DNA of 64,000 bases. It comes from a virus. The position numbers and the translations under genes are program-made. The notes beneath the pieces were generated by a model, which was given only the letters and a program-made list of their open reading frames with translations, searched no databases and was not told the DNA's origin. This document shows, piece after piece, positions 27,351 to 37,491 of the stretch. How positions within the stretch are numbered: the stretch's first letter is position 1; each line of letters opens with the position of its first letter. The stretch covers positions 1 through 64,000 of the IMG/VR virus record IMGVR_UViG_3300027985_001729. One strand, written 5' to 3'.

Positions 27351-30300
27351 CCGAATGACGAGATGGTAGCCACACCGAACCAATCGAGGTTCTTGGCTAC
27401 TGTTCCAGTGACCTGAAATCGTACCTCGTTGCCAACGATCGTGACGGTTGGCGCCGGTGTAGTAGAAAAATCGTCGTCCTGCATCGGCGTGGCTATGCCT
27501 CCGCCGCTCACCCGGCTGAACAGCCAAGGGGCCCCGCTATCCGTCGAGAGGGTTGACGGAGCCCCAGCCCCTCTCTTTACACCTACCTGACGCATCGTGA
27601 CGTACACGTTTCCTGTGGCTGCCTCGCGCATGAGGACCTCGAGGACCACGTTCGTCACGGTGTTTGCGTCTGGAGTGAATGCGACCAGCGTCACCGTGGA
27701 CCCATCCGTGGTAGACACGTTGCCTGTGATCTTGTCGAGCGTCTTCGTGGTACCGCCAGACGCCCCAACGGGTGCTAGGGTCGTGACGACGCCGTTCGAG
27801 CTCCTGATCTTCGTGGTCCCTGAGTCCACGTAGAGGTCCGCTGTGGATGCCGCTGTCGAGGAAGGGACCGTTGTGGCGTTCGTGATGGTCACCACGCCGT
27901 CGCTCGTGATTTTGAGCTGCACTGTGGCAGCGGCGCCGTTGACGCTCGAGGCGAAGACAAGGTTCCCGCTTGGGGAGGCGCCCTGCACCGGCTGCGTTTG
28001 GAGAGCCCACAGGACTGTCTGCGATGCGGCGACACCAGTCGCCCATCCGCGCCCCTCGATCATCAGAGGCGGGCTGTATTGCTGAGCCCCATCCGCGGCT
28101 GGCGTTGAGTTGACAACACTCACGCCGTTGGTGAGCGTGAGCGTTGTTCCCTGCCCGCCGTACTTGAACGACGTCAGCACCTCGGCGACGCGCAGCACCT
28201 CGGCGGAGTTGACGTTGACAGCGAACCAACCACCCGACTTCGCAGCAACCTGCGTGAGGGCTGTGTAGGTTGTCTCGCCAAGGTAGAGGCCGTCGTCGGC
28301 GCCGACGGCAATGACCACATCGCCGGTATCCGCAAAGTTTCTCGCCCCAGCGAGTACGCTCAGGTTCGGCGCGCGGAGAAGCCCGGATGACGATATCGTG
28401 CCGGTCGGTGCGCCGAAGTAGCTCGCCAGCAGAGGAAGCGCGGGCCCGAGGGACGTCCCGAGGCCAGCGGTGTCGTACGCAAGTCGCCATACTGAATTCC
28501 CCTCGTCCCACACGATGGCGGCCTGGTCGGTGTAATTTGCCCCATCCGCTCCACGCCCGGCCGCAAAGCCGATGTATGTCCCCGGCGACGGAGGTGCAGC
28601 TCCAGCAACGGTTGACGTGTTCGATCGGACGAACCCCGGGGTGAAGCGCGCGTGTGCCTCGTTGACGTCCAGTGCCTGTGTCGCGTTGATGCGAAACACC
28701 AGGTTTCCACCACCGTTAGCGGTCAGCAAAAAGCTCGTAGCGTCAGCCGTGCCGATCTCGATCACGTCAGCGGACGTGAGCTTGATCAGGTCGATGTCAG
28801 TCCCGCTCGTGGGGCCGTACACGGTGACCGCGGACACGTCAGCTACCCCGCGCAGTGTTCCAGAGGCAGCCGCGGTAGCAGTCGCCGCAAAGTAACCAGC
28901 CTGCACAGCGCCTGATACGGAAAGGAACCCGCTATCGCTGAGGCTCATTCGATCGATGTACGATGCCGCAGGCTCAGCCTTGCTCGCCCAGACGAACTGG
29001 ATGGTGACGGGATCGCCATCTGTCGCCCGAGCCTGGGTAGCCCAAGAGGCATCACGTGAAACCAGGCTCGTCGTGTCCCACGCTTTCGCGGTCTGGATGA
29101 GCGGTGGGCTGTGCTGCGGGACGCCTGCCGCTGCCGCCGTCGTAGAGCTCGCCTCGAATGTCGCCACAGCGTCCGATGTCAATGCCCCAACGGCGGCCCG
29201 GTCGGCTCGGATAAGGCCATTCGCGTCGCGCTGTGGGATCGAGTAGGTCGTGGCCGCATCGAGGACCACGTGGGCGCCGACCTGCACGAAGGTGAGCGGG
29301 GTGGTTCCGAGCGTGATCGGTCCGATCGTCGTCAGGGCCCAAACCGAGCTCGCGTAACGCGTCCCTTCTGCAACAGCCACGAGCAGCCCGGGGGAGACCT
29401 CGGACGAGGCGTCTGCGTCCGTCGCTCGAGCCCACCCGCCGCCCGTGTTGACTACCCAGATCCCGTTGTTCTCTCCAGCGGCCTGAGCCGTCTCGAGAAT
29501 CCTGTCCCCGTCAGCGTAAACGATACCATCAGCGGCGTAGGCTCCAACAAGCGCGTGGTTCTCCGTTGCGACCCCGCGCGCGAGCACCTTGGCCACCCCG
29601 GCGCCGAGCACGGCCCCATCAACGTAGTCCTTATTGGTCGCATCTGTGCCCGCGACAGGAGGGGCGACGTTGGTGATTTTCTGGTTGTTGACCGAGACGT
29701 CCCCAGCGCTCAGGGCGAGAGCGGCGCGGACGGTACCTTCGTCAACCGTCACGGCGCTAAGCCCGTCGAGCTTGGTCTTGTCGGCGGAGCTCATGAAGCC
29801 GGCGTCCGTCGTTGTGGCGACGGCGTGTTGGGTTGGATCGGTCTGCGCGCCGTGGTCGTGGACGTGATCGCGCCGTGCGAGCTCGAGAGCGACACCTTCC
29901 GCGTTCGCTGCGCCCACGCTGACCGGAACGCCCACGTTGATGGCGTGCTTGTGGTCGAGCGGGCTTGCAGTGGCCGCAGCTCCTACCGCGGCCGCGCCAG
30001 CGTCGAGCGTCGTAGGAAGCCCAGCCCCAAGGGACACGCCACCGCCGACGCCGCCAGCGATGGCGGCGTCGAGGCCGCGCAAGTCCTGCCGGAGCGCCTG
30101 CGTGTATTTGCGCACGTCGAACTGGACGTCCTCGAGATAGGCGACGTCGATGGTCCCCCCAGCCCCTACGATCGACAAGGCCGATGTGTTGTCGTAGAGC
30201 TGATCGCTCACCTCCCCGTCGAGCAACCTCTGGTTGACCTCGAGGTCGAGCAGCCACTTGCCGAACGATGGAGCAGCAGGGAGCGTGAACGACGGCGGTG

Positions 30301-30532
30301 AAGCGCTCGCTGAGTAGCTGTAGATCGAGTTGCCTTCGTCGGTCCATCCAACAGGGCATGGAAACTCGACGGACGAGTAGAACCCGTAGATGCGCCACGT
30401 CTGCGATCGCCACCCGCTCGAGTTCTCGGCGGCGAGCGTGATGGTGTCACCATTCGCCACCGTGAGGCCGCCGCTCGTGAGCGGCCCGGCGTTCACGGAC
30501 ACCAAGATCTTCGCGTAGGGGGTTGTGGGCAT
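27347..30532 (-). CDS. Tail fibre protein
   Basis: 1061 aa; AGFMSSADKTKLDG, DATNKDYVD and NGIW..W.RATDAD fibre motifs; internal repeat QHSPPL/QYSPPL. Confidence 0.8.
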   Translation of the reverse strand: MPTTPYAKILVSVNAGPLTSGGLTVANGDTITLAAENSSGWRSQTWRIYGFYSSVEFPCPVGWTDEGNSIYSYSASASPPSFTLPAAPSFGKWLLDLEVNQRLLDGEVSDQLYDNTSALSIVGAGGTIDVAYLEDVQFDVRKYTQALRQDLRGLDAAIAGGVGGGVSLGAGLPTTLDAGAAAVGAAATASPLDHKHAINVGVPVSVGAANAEGVALELARRDHVHDHGAQTDPTQHAVATTTDAGFMSSADKTKLDGLSAVTVDEGTVRAALALSAGDVSVNNQKITNVAPPVAGTDATNKDYVDGAVLGAGVAKVLARGVATENHALVGAYAADGIVYADGDRILETAQAAGENNGIWVVNTGGGWARATDADASSEVSPGLLVAVAEGTRYASSVWALTTIGPITLGTTPLTFVQVGAHVVLDAATTYSIPQRDANGLIRADRAAVGALTSDAVATFEASSTTAAAAGVPQHSPPLIQTAKAWDTTSLVSRDASWATQARATDGDPVTIQFVWASKAEPAASYIDRMSLSDSGFLSVSGAVQAGYFAATATAAASGTLRGVADVSAVTVYGPTSGTDIDLIKLTSADVIEIGTADATSFLLTANGGGNLVFRINATQALDVNEAHARFTPGFVRSNTSTVAGAAPPSPGTYIGFAAGRGADGANYTDQAAIVWDEGNSVWRLAYDTAGLGTSLGPALPLLASYFGAPTGTISSSGLLRAPNLSVLAGARNFADTGDVVIAVGADDGLYLGETTYTALTQVAAKSGGWFAVNVNSAEVLRVAEVLTSFKYGGQGTTLTLTNGVSVVNSTPAADGAQQYSPPLMIEGRGWATGVAASQTVLWALQTQPVQGASPSGNLVFASSVNGAAATVQLKITSDGVVTITNATTVPSSTAASTADLYVDSGTTKIRSSNGVVTTLAPVGASGGTTKTLDKITGNVSTTDGSTVTLVAFTPDANTVTNVVLEVLMREAATGNVYVTMRQVGVKRGAGAPSTLSTDSGAPWLFSRVSGGGIATPMQDDDFSTTPAPTVTIVGNEVRFQVTGTVAKNLDWFGVATISSFG

Positions 30533-30598
30533 CGTGATGGTTCCGACTGTCTATCTGAGGAGATATGAGCGACTGGAAGAAGAAAAGGTATGTAGCGG

Positions 30599-31714
30599 CT
30601 ACGGGTAGGTATTCCCAACGGTCTTGATTTCGTACCTACCGTTCGTCGTGCTCCAGTATATCGTTACGCTCATTCTGAGCCTGAACGAACTGACGACGGC
30701 AAAGATGAAGATCTGCGTTCCGTTGGCCCTCTTCAACTCGGTACTGAATCCGCTCGGGTAGCTGTGGGATTCCACAGCAAACTCGAAGGTTCCAGCGCCG
30801 GAATAGTTAGCCAGAGTGATCGACCTGTTCGCTGTTGGAGACCCAGCAAGCCAGATGTCTGCCTCCCACGGGTTGATCGTCGTGTTGGAGTCAGGAAGTA
30901 CCTGCTCGCGGATGTGCGTGATCGATGTCGATCCGCTCTTCACCACGAGTCCTTGGTGGGAGAGTTGGGCGCCTGACTTAATGCGGGCGACGCCTCCGCT
31001 CTCAATATTGAGCGACCCGAGAACCGCAACGACGGAACCGGCATTCGTGGTGATCGACGCGGCGCTTTCGACGGTCCCAGCCGATCCACCCTTCATCGCC
31101 CACGTCGCACCGCTCTGCCACTCCACCGACCCGAGGACGTTTATCTTCCCGCCGGCGCTCACCACGAAGGTGGCGCCGGCGTCGAGGTTCGGAACTCCCT
31201 TGATCTTGTTACCGGCGAGATAGTTGAAGATCCCGCTCATGGTGTTTGTGCCGTTGAGCTCGGCGGTACCGTAAAGACCTACGAAGCCCGTAGCGTTCAC
31301 GGACACGGACCCAAGCACAGTGAGACCAGCACCGTCCTGGATGGTCGCCGTCGCCCCGTTCAGCATCACGATGGATGACGTACTCGTGAACGTGAAGCTC
31401 GAGGTGATCGTGGTCGTCCCGCTGAACGTCGCCGTGGCGCCATTCTGCAAGGTCATTGTGCCGCCAGAAGCGATCGTCAGGAACTTGCCGCTGGTGATGG
31501 TGATCTGCGCGTCAGCACCAATGAGCGGACCTGTGACGGTGAGCCCGAGTCCTCCGATGGTGATGACGGCAGCCGGCGCCCACGTCCCACCATCGTCGCC
31601 GTTGATTGCCTTGAACAGCGTCTGGTCGAGATAGGTGAACTCTGCGGCCGTCGGGACGTCGAGCGGGCTCCAAACGCCTGATGTGGCTGTGCGGACGTAG
31701 TCGTTGTGCGGCAT
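30599..31714 (-). CDS. Tail fibre/baseplate-associated beta-helix protein
   Basis: Follows the gp48-like gene; G/T/S-rich. Confidence 0.65.
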   Translation of the reverse strand: MPHNDYVRTATSGVWSPLDVPTAAEFTYLDQTLFKAINGDDGGTWAPAAVITIGGLGLTVTGPLIGADAQITITSGKFLTIASGGTMTLQNGATATFSGTTTITSSFTFTSTSSIVMLNGATATIQDGAGLTVLGSVSVNATGFVGLYGTAELNGTNTMSGIFNYLAGNKIKGVPNLDAGATFVVSAGGKINVLGSVEWQSGATWAMKGGSAGTVESAASITTNAGSVVAVLGSLNIESGGVARIKSGAQLSHQGLVVKSGSTSITHIREQVLPDSNTTINPWEADIWLAGSPTANRSITLANYSGAGTFEFAVESHSYPSGFSTELKRANGTQIFIFAVVSSFRLRMSVTIYWSTTNGRYEIKTVGNTYP

Positions 31715-31723
31715 TATTTTGGC

Positions 31724-32695
31724 TCAGGGGTATGTGACGCTGCCGAGCGTTGTTGCGCTTAGGTGGCTGAGCTCTACCTGGAATGGGCCGCTCATTTTGG
31801 CTGATGTCTCCTCGACAACGGCCCACGTGGTAACTCCGCGCATCGCGCGCTGCATCAGTTCGTTAACCTTTCGCCTCGTCTCTGGGTCGATGGCCGCGTC
31901 GCTCTTGACGAGTACGATCACGGATCGTTGGGTGCTCGACCAGATCGGCATGGGCGCAGTGGTCGCCCAAGAGTTCGGCTCATGCGCATTGGCGAAGTCA
32001 GCAACGAACGCGAGCTCGCCCTCGCCGAACCCAAAGTCCAGACTGATCACCGTAATGGTCTCGGTTCTCCCAGATATCTCTGGCTCGACGCACAGCTTGT
32101 CACCAGGAGAGAGCGTGTGGACACCTACGTTCGCTGTTGGGGAGATCGGCGTGTATGTGACGAGCTGCTGACCGATGATCGAGATCGTGCTCGTGATCCT
32201 GATGAGCTTTCTTGTCACGGCTGGCGTTTGCAGGTTCATCGGCTGGTCACCGATGTTCGCCGGGGTGACCAGGATCTCGGACGGCTGCGTGGTCCTGTAG
32301 GAGACGAAGTTGTCACCAAGAAGAGTGCGCAGGGTGTCTTCAACAGCCTCACGCGACGCCCCGCGCGGTAGCAGGCGACGGGCGGCCACGGTGCGTCGAC
32401 GCTCGATGTCGGTGTCGTTCGGACCTGGGACGATTTCGTACTCGGCCTCGCGGATAGGGAGGCACTCCTCGAGCCTGAGCGGATCGAGTTGGTGGGCTGC
32501 ATGCCTCAGCGCGTTTCGCACGTAGGCAAGGCGCATGGCCTTGGCGTAGATGCTCGCCTCGACGTGGGTCCCCTCCTCGACGTTGAAGTTGTTGCCGAGG
32601 GACGCGATCATCGCGTCATAGATTCGCCGCGCGACGCTTTCATCCCCGCTGAGCTCGAGGATGCCGAGTGGAGTGAAAGCGCTCAGGATGGGCAT
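31724..32695 (-). CDS. Baseplate wedge protein (Mu gp48/DUF2313-like)
   Basis: ECLPIREAEYEIVP..D.DIERRR motif and position after baseplate J. Confidence 0.7.
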   Translation of the reverse strand: MPILSAFTPLGILELSGDESVARRIYDAMIASLGNNFNVEEGTHVEASIYAKAMRLAYVRNALRHAAHQLDPLRLEECLPIREAEYEIVPGPNDTDIERRRTVAARRLLPRGASREAVEDTLRTLLGDNFVSYRTTQPSEILVTPANIGDQPMNLQTPAVTRKLIRITSTISIIGQQLVTYTPISPTANVGVHTLSPGDKLCVEPEISGRTETITVISLDFGFGEGELAFVADFANAHEPNSWATTAPMPIWSSTQRSVIVLVKSDAAIDPETRRKVNELMQRAMRGVTTWAVVEETSAKMSGPFQVELSHLSATTLGSVTYP

Positions 32696-33204
32696 CAGAA
32701 GACCTCGACGATGAACCCGATGTCTGCGAGCGCCCCGGTCTGGTCCCTCATCTTTACGCTCACGCCACCGGTGATATTCGCGGCGAACGGAGCGCATGCA
32801 GCAACGTCCTCTGCGAGGTGCGCCTGCGGAGATCGTCTTGGAGCTGGGAAGACCTGGATCGGATTACCGAGTCCATCCGTCTTCGCCCATGTGATTTCGA
32901 CGATGCCAGTGCCCACGTGGGTGATGGTCAGGTCGGCGAGAACGAGGTTCGTGCGGTTGGCTCGAAAGCTCGAGAGAACAGGAACACCTCCGCTAAACTG
33001 AACCTCGAAATCGGCCACTGGCGCGAGCAGGGCGAGACGCTCGAGTTGCTTCGCCCACTGGTTGAGTTGCTCCGCGTAGGGCATCCTGCGCTTGTCTGGA
33101 GGGAACCGCGTGTCGTTTTCGAGCGTGGCGCCGCCAAGATCCTCGAGGGATGGTCGCCGGGGGACGTCCATGTCCCAGGTGAGTTGGTCGGGTGCGCTGG
33201 TCAT
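32695..33204 (-). CDS. Baseplate-region hypothetical protein
   Basis: Coupled ORF. Confidence 0.6.
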   Translation of the reverse strand: MTSAPDQLTWDMDVPRRPSLEDLGGATLENDTRFPPDKRRMPYAEQLNQWAKQLERLALLAPVADFEVQFSGGVPVLSSFRANRTNLVLADLTITHVGTGIVEITWAKTDGLGNPIQVFPAPRRSPQAHLAEDVAACAPFAANITGGVSVKMRDQTGALADIGFIVEVF

Positions 33205-33206
33205 GT

Positions 33207-34712
33207 TCAACTCGCGTAGAGGGCAAGATCGCCCAATGTGAGGATGTAGGAGAGCACGGCTGGGACACCAACTGGCGTTTCGTAGGGGACCGACGGGGCG
33301 AGGAGCACGGCGTCTGCTACGCCGCTTGTGCCAGTAAGCGTGCAGATGACCACGTTTCGGATGACGTTGGCATCGCTCTGCGGGCTCTCTGGCTGACGTC
33401 TCTGCCGCCGCCCTGGGTCGGGGAAGGATGCCACCTGCTCCCCTGGCCCGAGGCCAGCAAGGTAGGTCAGGACGGGGGACACGATCGAGTCCATGGATGG
33501 GCTATACGGGCTCGCGGCCTGGCCTACGATGGGCGAGTAAATCGTGTCCGAGGCATCGAAAAGCGTATCGAACAAGAGGTCCCATTCCTTGCCCGAGACG
33601 ATCGTCGACACGCTTCCGATTCTCTTCCTCGAGAACTTCGCCGTGTCGGCGTTGAAAAAAGCGATCGTTTGCCCAGCAACAGGATCTGCAATAACTGTCC
33701 CAGTCTTCAATCGAGCGGAGGAAACGGTGGGTGTCGCGCCACCGTCTACGACTACCTGATCGCCAGACACGAATGGGGGCCACGGAGAGGTGTCTGCCCA
33801 GTTGGACGCGCCAGCCCCCCACGTCACCTTTATAGCCAAGGAGATGGGTGACTCGATGAGCTCACACGCGAAGATTCCGTCATCCGCAGGGAACTGGCCG
33901 ATGAGCCAGTCGTGCACCGCAGCGATCTCGATTGGATTCGGGACACGCGAAGACGTGGGCGATGGGGCGCGGATCGTGAACACGAAAGAGGTTGTCCCAG
34001 GGCCCTTGATCGCTGGGTATGTGAACGCCTTGTCGACAGCCACACCGGGCGTTTTACGGATCGCCTCCTGGTATGCAGCGTCGTTGCCGCTTGCGGGTGG
34101 GTTCGCCCGCTTGGCTGAGATGAGAGCGCGGTAGCTCACGTCGTCGTCGGCGTTGCGCCCACCGCTGAGCCCGCTCCCGTCGTTCTGCTCGAGCACGACC
34201 GCGTTGACGGAAACGCCGGCAGGTTGCGGCACGAATTGAAGCACCGAGTTCGGCGGTAGGTTTGTCTCTGGTCCCGTGTCGATCCCAGACACGGGCACCG
34301 GAGATCCCCCGGTGACGTACGTGTCCGTTCTTGTCACGCGGAATCGGAGCTGAGTCTTTCGATCGCGAAGCACCTGACCAGCGAGGATCGTTGCTCCGCC
34401 TGTGGCCGTCGTGACGCTCGCAAAGCCGCTGGCTCCTACCGCTGGACGCTTGAGAACTCCATCGGGGATGCCATGGACATCCTCGAGCCACGTGCCGCTG
34501 CTCGTGTTGAGGTTGGTACCCCTCGAGATGACGAGCGCGTCATCCACGACGAAGATGAGCTGGTCTGATAGGACGGACCCATCGACATATGGGAGCGACT
34601 TCGGACCAACGTCGGCACCTGGCACGCGGAACTGGTAGTCGCGCGTGTAGTCGTCACGGAGCTCGTCGCGCGTCTTGACGACGACCTCGCCGGGGCTGTT
34701 CTCACGAGGCAT
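33207..34712 (-). CDS. Baseplate J-like protein (Mu gp47)
   Basis: GG...DD..YRA....PASGN.A.Y, GPGT. Confidence 0.9.
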   Translation of the reverse strand: MPRENSPGEVVVKTRDELRDDYTRDYQFRVPGADVGPKSLPYVDGSVLSDQLIFVVDDALVISRGTNLNTSSGTWLEDVHGIPDGVLKRPAVGASGFASVTTATGGATILAGQVLRDRKTQLRFRVTRTDTYVTGGSPVPVSGIDTGPETNLPPNSVLQFVPQPAGVSVNAVVLEQNDGSGLSGGRNADDDVSYRALISAKRANPPASGNDAAYQEAIRKTPGVAVDKAFTYPAIKGPGTTSFVFTIRAPSPTSSRVPNPIEIAAVHDWLIGQFPADDGIFACELIESPISLAIKVTWGAGASNWADTSPWPPFVSGDQVVVDGGATPTVSSARLKTGTVIADPVAGQTIAFFNADTAKFSRKRIGSVSTIVSGKEWDLLFDTLFDASDTIYSPIVGQAASPYSPSMDSIVSPVLTYLAGLGPGEQVASFPDPGRRQRRQPESPQSDANVIRNVVICTLTGTSGVADAVLLAPSVPYETPVGVPAVLSYILTLGDLALYAS

Positions 34713-35181
34713 AGGTGCGTACCTGAATCCGCCTTGCCGATGTCACGTTGTTGGTCGTCGCCAAGAAGAGGTTGCGGTAGTTCACGTAGACGAGCAGTCG
34801 CCCAGACGGACGCGGCTCGATTTGCGTCTCGACGGATAGCACCTCGATTTTTTCATCTTGTACCAACGTCTCGAGAGATCTGTTCACCGCATCCCTGACC
34901 TTGCTCTCCGTTCGCTGGTCAAGATAGACGATGCTCCGAATTGCAGCGCCAAGCTCTGGGACAGAAGAAAGCGTTCCGAGCGTGACGAGTAGCGACAGCG
35001 CAACCTGCTGGTCCACTGGGTGGATCTCCTTGTAGAGCCCGTCGTCGAGGAGAATGTTTTTTGCCCCGACGCCATCGAACAGGATGGCCGCAGGTGGCTC
35101 GACGGCACGCGGTGGTGGAGGAGATCCAAGGGGGTCCTCCCCATAGAATCCTTGTCCGAATGCATAATCGCCGAAGGCCAT
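34702..35181 (-). CDS. Baseplate wedge protein (gp46/gp25-like)
   Basis: Position and VDQQVALSL..GT...PELG pattern. Confidence 0.6.
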   Translation of the reverse strand: MAFGDYAFGQGFYGEDPLGSPPPPRAVEPPAAILFDGVGAKNILLDDGLYKEIHPVDQQVALSLLVTLGTLSSVPELGAAIRSIVYLDQRTESKVRDAVNRSLETLVQDEKIEVLSVETQIEPRPSGRLLVYVNYRNLFLATTNNVTSARRIQVRTYAS

Positions 35182-35188
35182 GTGAAGC

Positions 35189-35509
35189 TCAGTTGAACGG
35201 GCAGGGTGGGTCGGGTACCGCTGGGATCGTTGGAAGGTCAGGAACGGGAGGGAACGGGAGGGCGTAGCCGAGGGCGATCGAAGGGACGCCTGGGAGCCCT
35301 GGCGGTGTTGGGACACCCGGCAGTGATGGCAGGTCTGGAGCGCCAGGGATGGGTGGCGATGGGATCGCGTAGCCAAGAGCCACAGACGGTGGGCCCGGGA
35401 GCCCTGGAGGCGTTGGCACCCCAGGCACTGGAGGGAGGCCTGGAAGCCCAGGAATGGGCGGTCCAGGCAGCGCGTAGCCAAGCGGGACAGAGGGATACGC
35501 GCACGGCAT
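35189..35509 (-). CDS. Proline-rich repeat protein
   Basis: Three LGYA[LI]P-led Pro/Gly repeats between terminal Cys residues; start overlaps the spike gene stop. Confidence 0.6.
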   Translation of the reverse strand: MPCAYPSVPLGYALPGPPIPGLPGLPPVPGVPTPPGLPGPPSVALGYAIPSPPIPGAPDLPSLPGVPTPPGLPGVPSIALGYALPFPPVPDLPTIPAVPDPPCPFN

Positions 35510-36321
35510 CAGCTCGAGCTCAACTTGGTTGCTGCGACGGTGGGCGCGAGATTTGGCGGAGTGCCGGTAACCGACCCGGGGGCGAGGCCATTCAAGGCGC
35601 TGATGATCTGCGCGAGCAGCGGCGTGAGCTGTGCGACGTATGCCTGGATCTCATCGGACAGCGCGACCGATCGAGGGGCAGGGCCAGGGGCGGAAGGGGT
35701 TGGGATTCCGACCGCGAGGCCTCCGACGAGTTGTCCGTTGCCGTTGAGAGCGATGCCATCGTCGTTGATCTCGATGTATGCGTCGCCCGCCTTGTTCGAC
35801 AGGATGATGCTGTTTTTGCCGCCAGCGACCAGGCGGATCGCCATTCCAGCGCCGTGGATGAGTTGGATCGCCTCGGAGCCGTCAGTGGCGACGTCGATGC
35901 TCAGCGCGCTTGCTGTTGGCGTCTCGCTCGCGTGGGGCACGTATACAAGGAATGACCCCGTGTCCCCGTCAAAGCTGGCGAATGGGAGGATGTCGCGTCC
36001 TGTGTCCCCGTAAAACATCGTCCCGCCCTTTGCGAGCGGGGGGAGCTTCGAGGCGGTGCGCGGGTCGTTGAAGACCAGCGCGTGGTCGGCGTTACCCTCA
36101 GCAAGGCGAAGAACCGTGCATCCAATGAGCACGTCGCCGTTGGCATCAAGCGCTGGATCGCGCGGCCGTGCAGAGAACCCCATCGGGTGGTATGCCTCGA
36201 AGGCTGGCAGCCCGACGTCCTGCGAAGCGTTCTCCTGGCGCCCGAACCCGTCCACCTGTACGGTGATGAAGCCTTCGTCGATTTCTGAGAAGCGCGCCTG
36301 CATGAGGTCGAAATATCTCAT
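35509..36321 (-). CDS. Baseplate spike/assembly protein (Mu gp45-like)
   Basis: HPMGFSARP..DPR..L..GGTMFY motif. Confidence 0.75.
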   Translation of the reverse strand: MRYFDLMQARFSEIDEGFITVQVDGFGRQENASQDVGLPAFEAYHPMGFSARPRDPALDANGDVLIGCTVLRLAEGNADHALVFNDPRTASKLPPLAKGGTMFYGDTGRDILPFASFDGDTGSFLVYVPHASETPTASALSIDVATDGSEAIQLIHGAGMAIRLVAGGKNSIILSNKAGDAYIEINDDGIALNGNGQLVGGLAVGIPTPSAPGPAPRSVALSDEIQAYVAQLTPLLAQIISALNGLAPGSVTGTPPNLAPTVAATKLSSS

Positions 36322-37490
36322 GCGTCCGTCCCGAAGATCATGTCGTTTGGCCGTACGAGCACGAGGTCCGTCTCTGTCTGTGGGTTTCGACGGTAGGTGA
36401 CCGACTCAAGGTAGTATTTACCCTTGATCCCATATTCGTCGTCGTCAACCTCGACAATTGTATCTGGCGTCCAAACTGCTCGAGCGCCACCTGCGAGCGA
36501 AGGGATCGTGTGTCCGGCGACCGTGTAGTTCAGGTTCCAACCTACGCGCCTCGCCTCAGCGAGCTTGCGACGCGCGTAGAACTCCGCCTGCTCCTTGTTC
36601 GTGATGTTCGAGTCGCGCTTCACAAGCGGGCGACGCATGCCTATGTCGAACATCTCCTCATCGACGAAAGCTCCCTGCACCTGCGCGCGACCGCTCTTTT
36701 TCCCTGGCCCTCTGCCGCAGATGATCGCTTCTGAGAAACGCTGCGATGTAGCGTTCCTGAAGCGAGCTCGCTTCACGTTGACCTCCGACCTCGTTTGACC
36801 GCGCCTGCGCAGGATCCTGTAGCTCGGATCCTGGGTAATATTCGGCTCACTGAGCACGTAGGAGCCATCGCCAGAGGCCCACAGGAAGAGGCCAGCACGG
36901 TCCAGTTGCCGCTTTACGAAGTCGTACCAGCGTTCGCCAAGGTTCGCCTTCAAGATCTTGTCAGTTGGGCCGGTCGTGTTCTCCGCTGGATCGGCGCCTG
37001 GTGCCGTCTGCCTCACCCCAATGCCAGAGCTCAGCTTGCGTCCAGCCTCATTCGAGGTGGTGAGGGTGTACGACCCCTCTCCGAGTACGGCGTTCAAGGC
37101 TTTCTCGACGAGGCTCTGGTAGGACTCGTCCTTGAGCGCGATCTCGCTCTCGATGCAGGCGTCGTGCAGGAAGGAGAGGACGTCCCTCCCGCTGATGTTG
37201 ATCTCTGTCGCGCCAACGCTATCTTCTGCCTCGATGTCATCGATGACAGCCGTCTGCTGCAAGCAACCATTGATGCGTAGCCGAACCTGCAAAAGAGGTG
37301 GTAGCACCGCGAGCAGTTCCTTCGTCACGCCGCCCCATCCGAGCCGAATGCTGAACGTCGAAGGCTGCGTGAAGATGGACCTGCGAACCTCGTAGCTCTC
37401 GAGCGCTACAGCTTCATACTCATTGAACTCGATGACAACCGCGTCGTCATCGATATTTCCGGTCACATCTCCGAACGTGTCGTCGGCCAT
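36318..37490 (-). CDS. Baseplate hub protein (Mu gp44/P-like)
   Basis: ISGRD..L.D, WTPDTIVEVDD. Confidence 0.85.
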   Translation of the reverse strand: MADDTFGDVTGNIDDDAVVIEFNEYEAVALESYEVRRSIFTQPSTFSIRLGWGGVTKELLAVLPPLLQVRLRINGCLQQTAVIDDIEAEDSVGATEINISGRDVLSFLHDACIESEIALKDESYQSLVEKALNAVLGEGSYTLTTSNEAGRKLSSGIGVRQTAPGADPAENTTGPTDKILKANLGERWYDFVKRQLDRAGLFLWASGDGSYVLSEPNITQDPSYRILRRRGQTRSEVNVKRARFRNATSQRFSEAIICGRGPGKKSGRAQVQGAFVDEEMFDIGMRRPLVKRDSNITNKEQAEFYARRKLAEARRVGWNLNYTVAGHTIPSLAGGARAVWTPDTIVEVDDDEYGIKGKYYLESVTYRRNPQTETDLVLVRPNDMIFGTDA

Positions 37491-37491
37491 G

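Noticed and set aside
27347-31714. Diversity-generating retroelement or invertible tail-fibre cassette
   Set aside because: No reverse transcriptase, invertase or near-identical TR/VR pair seen
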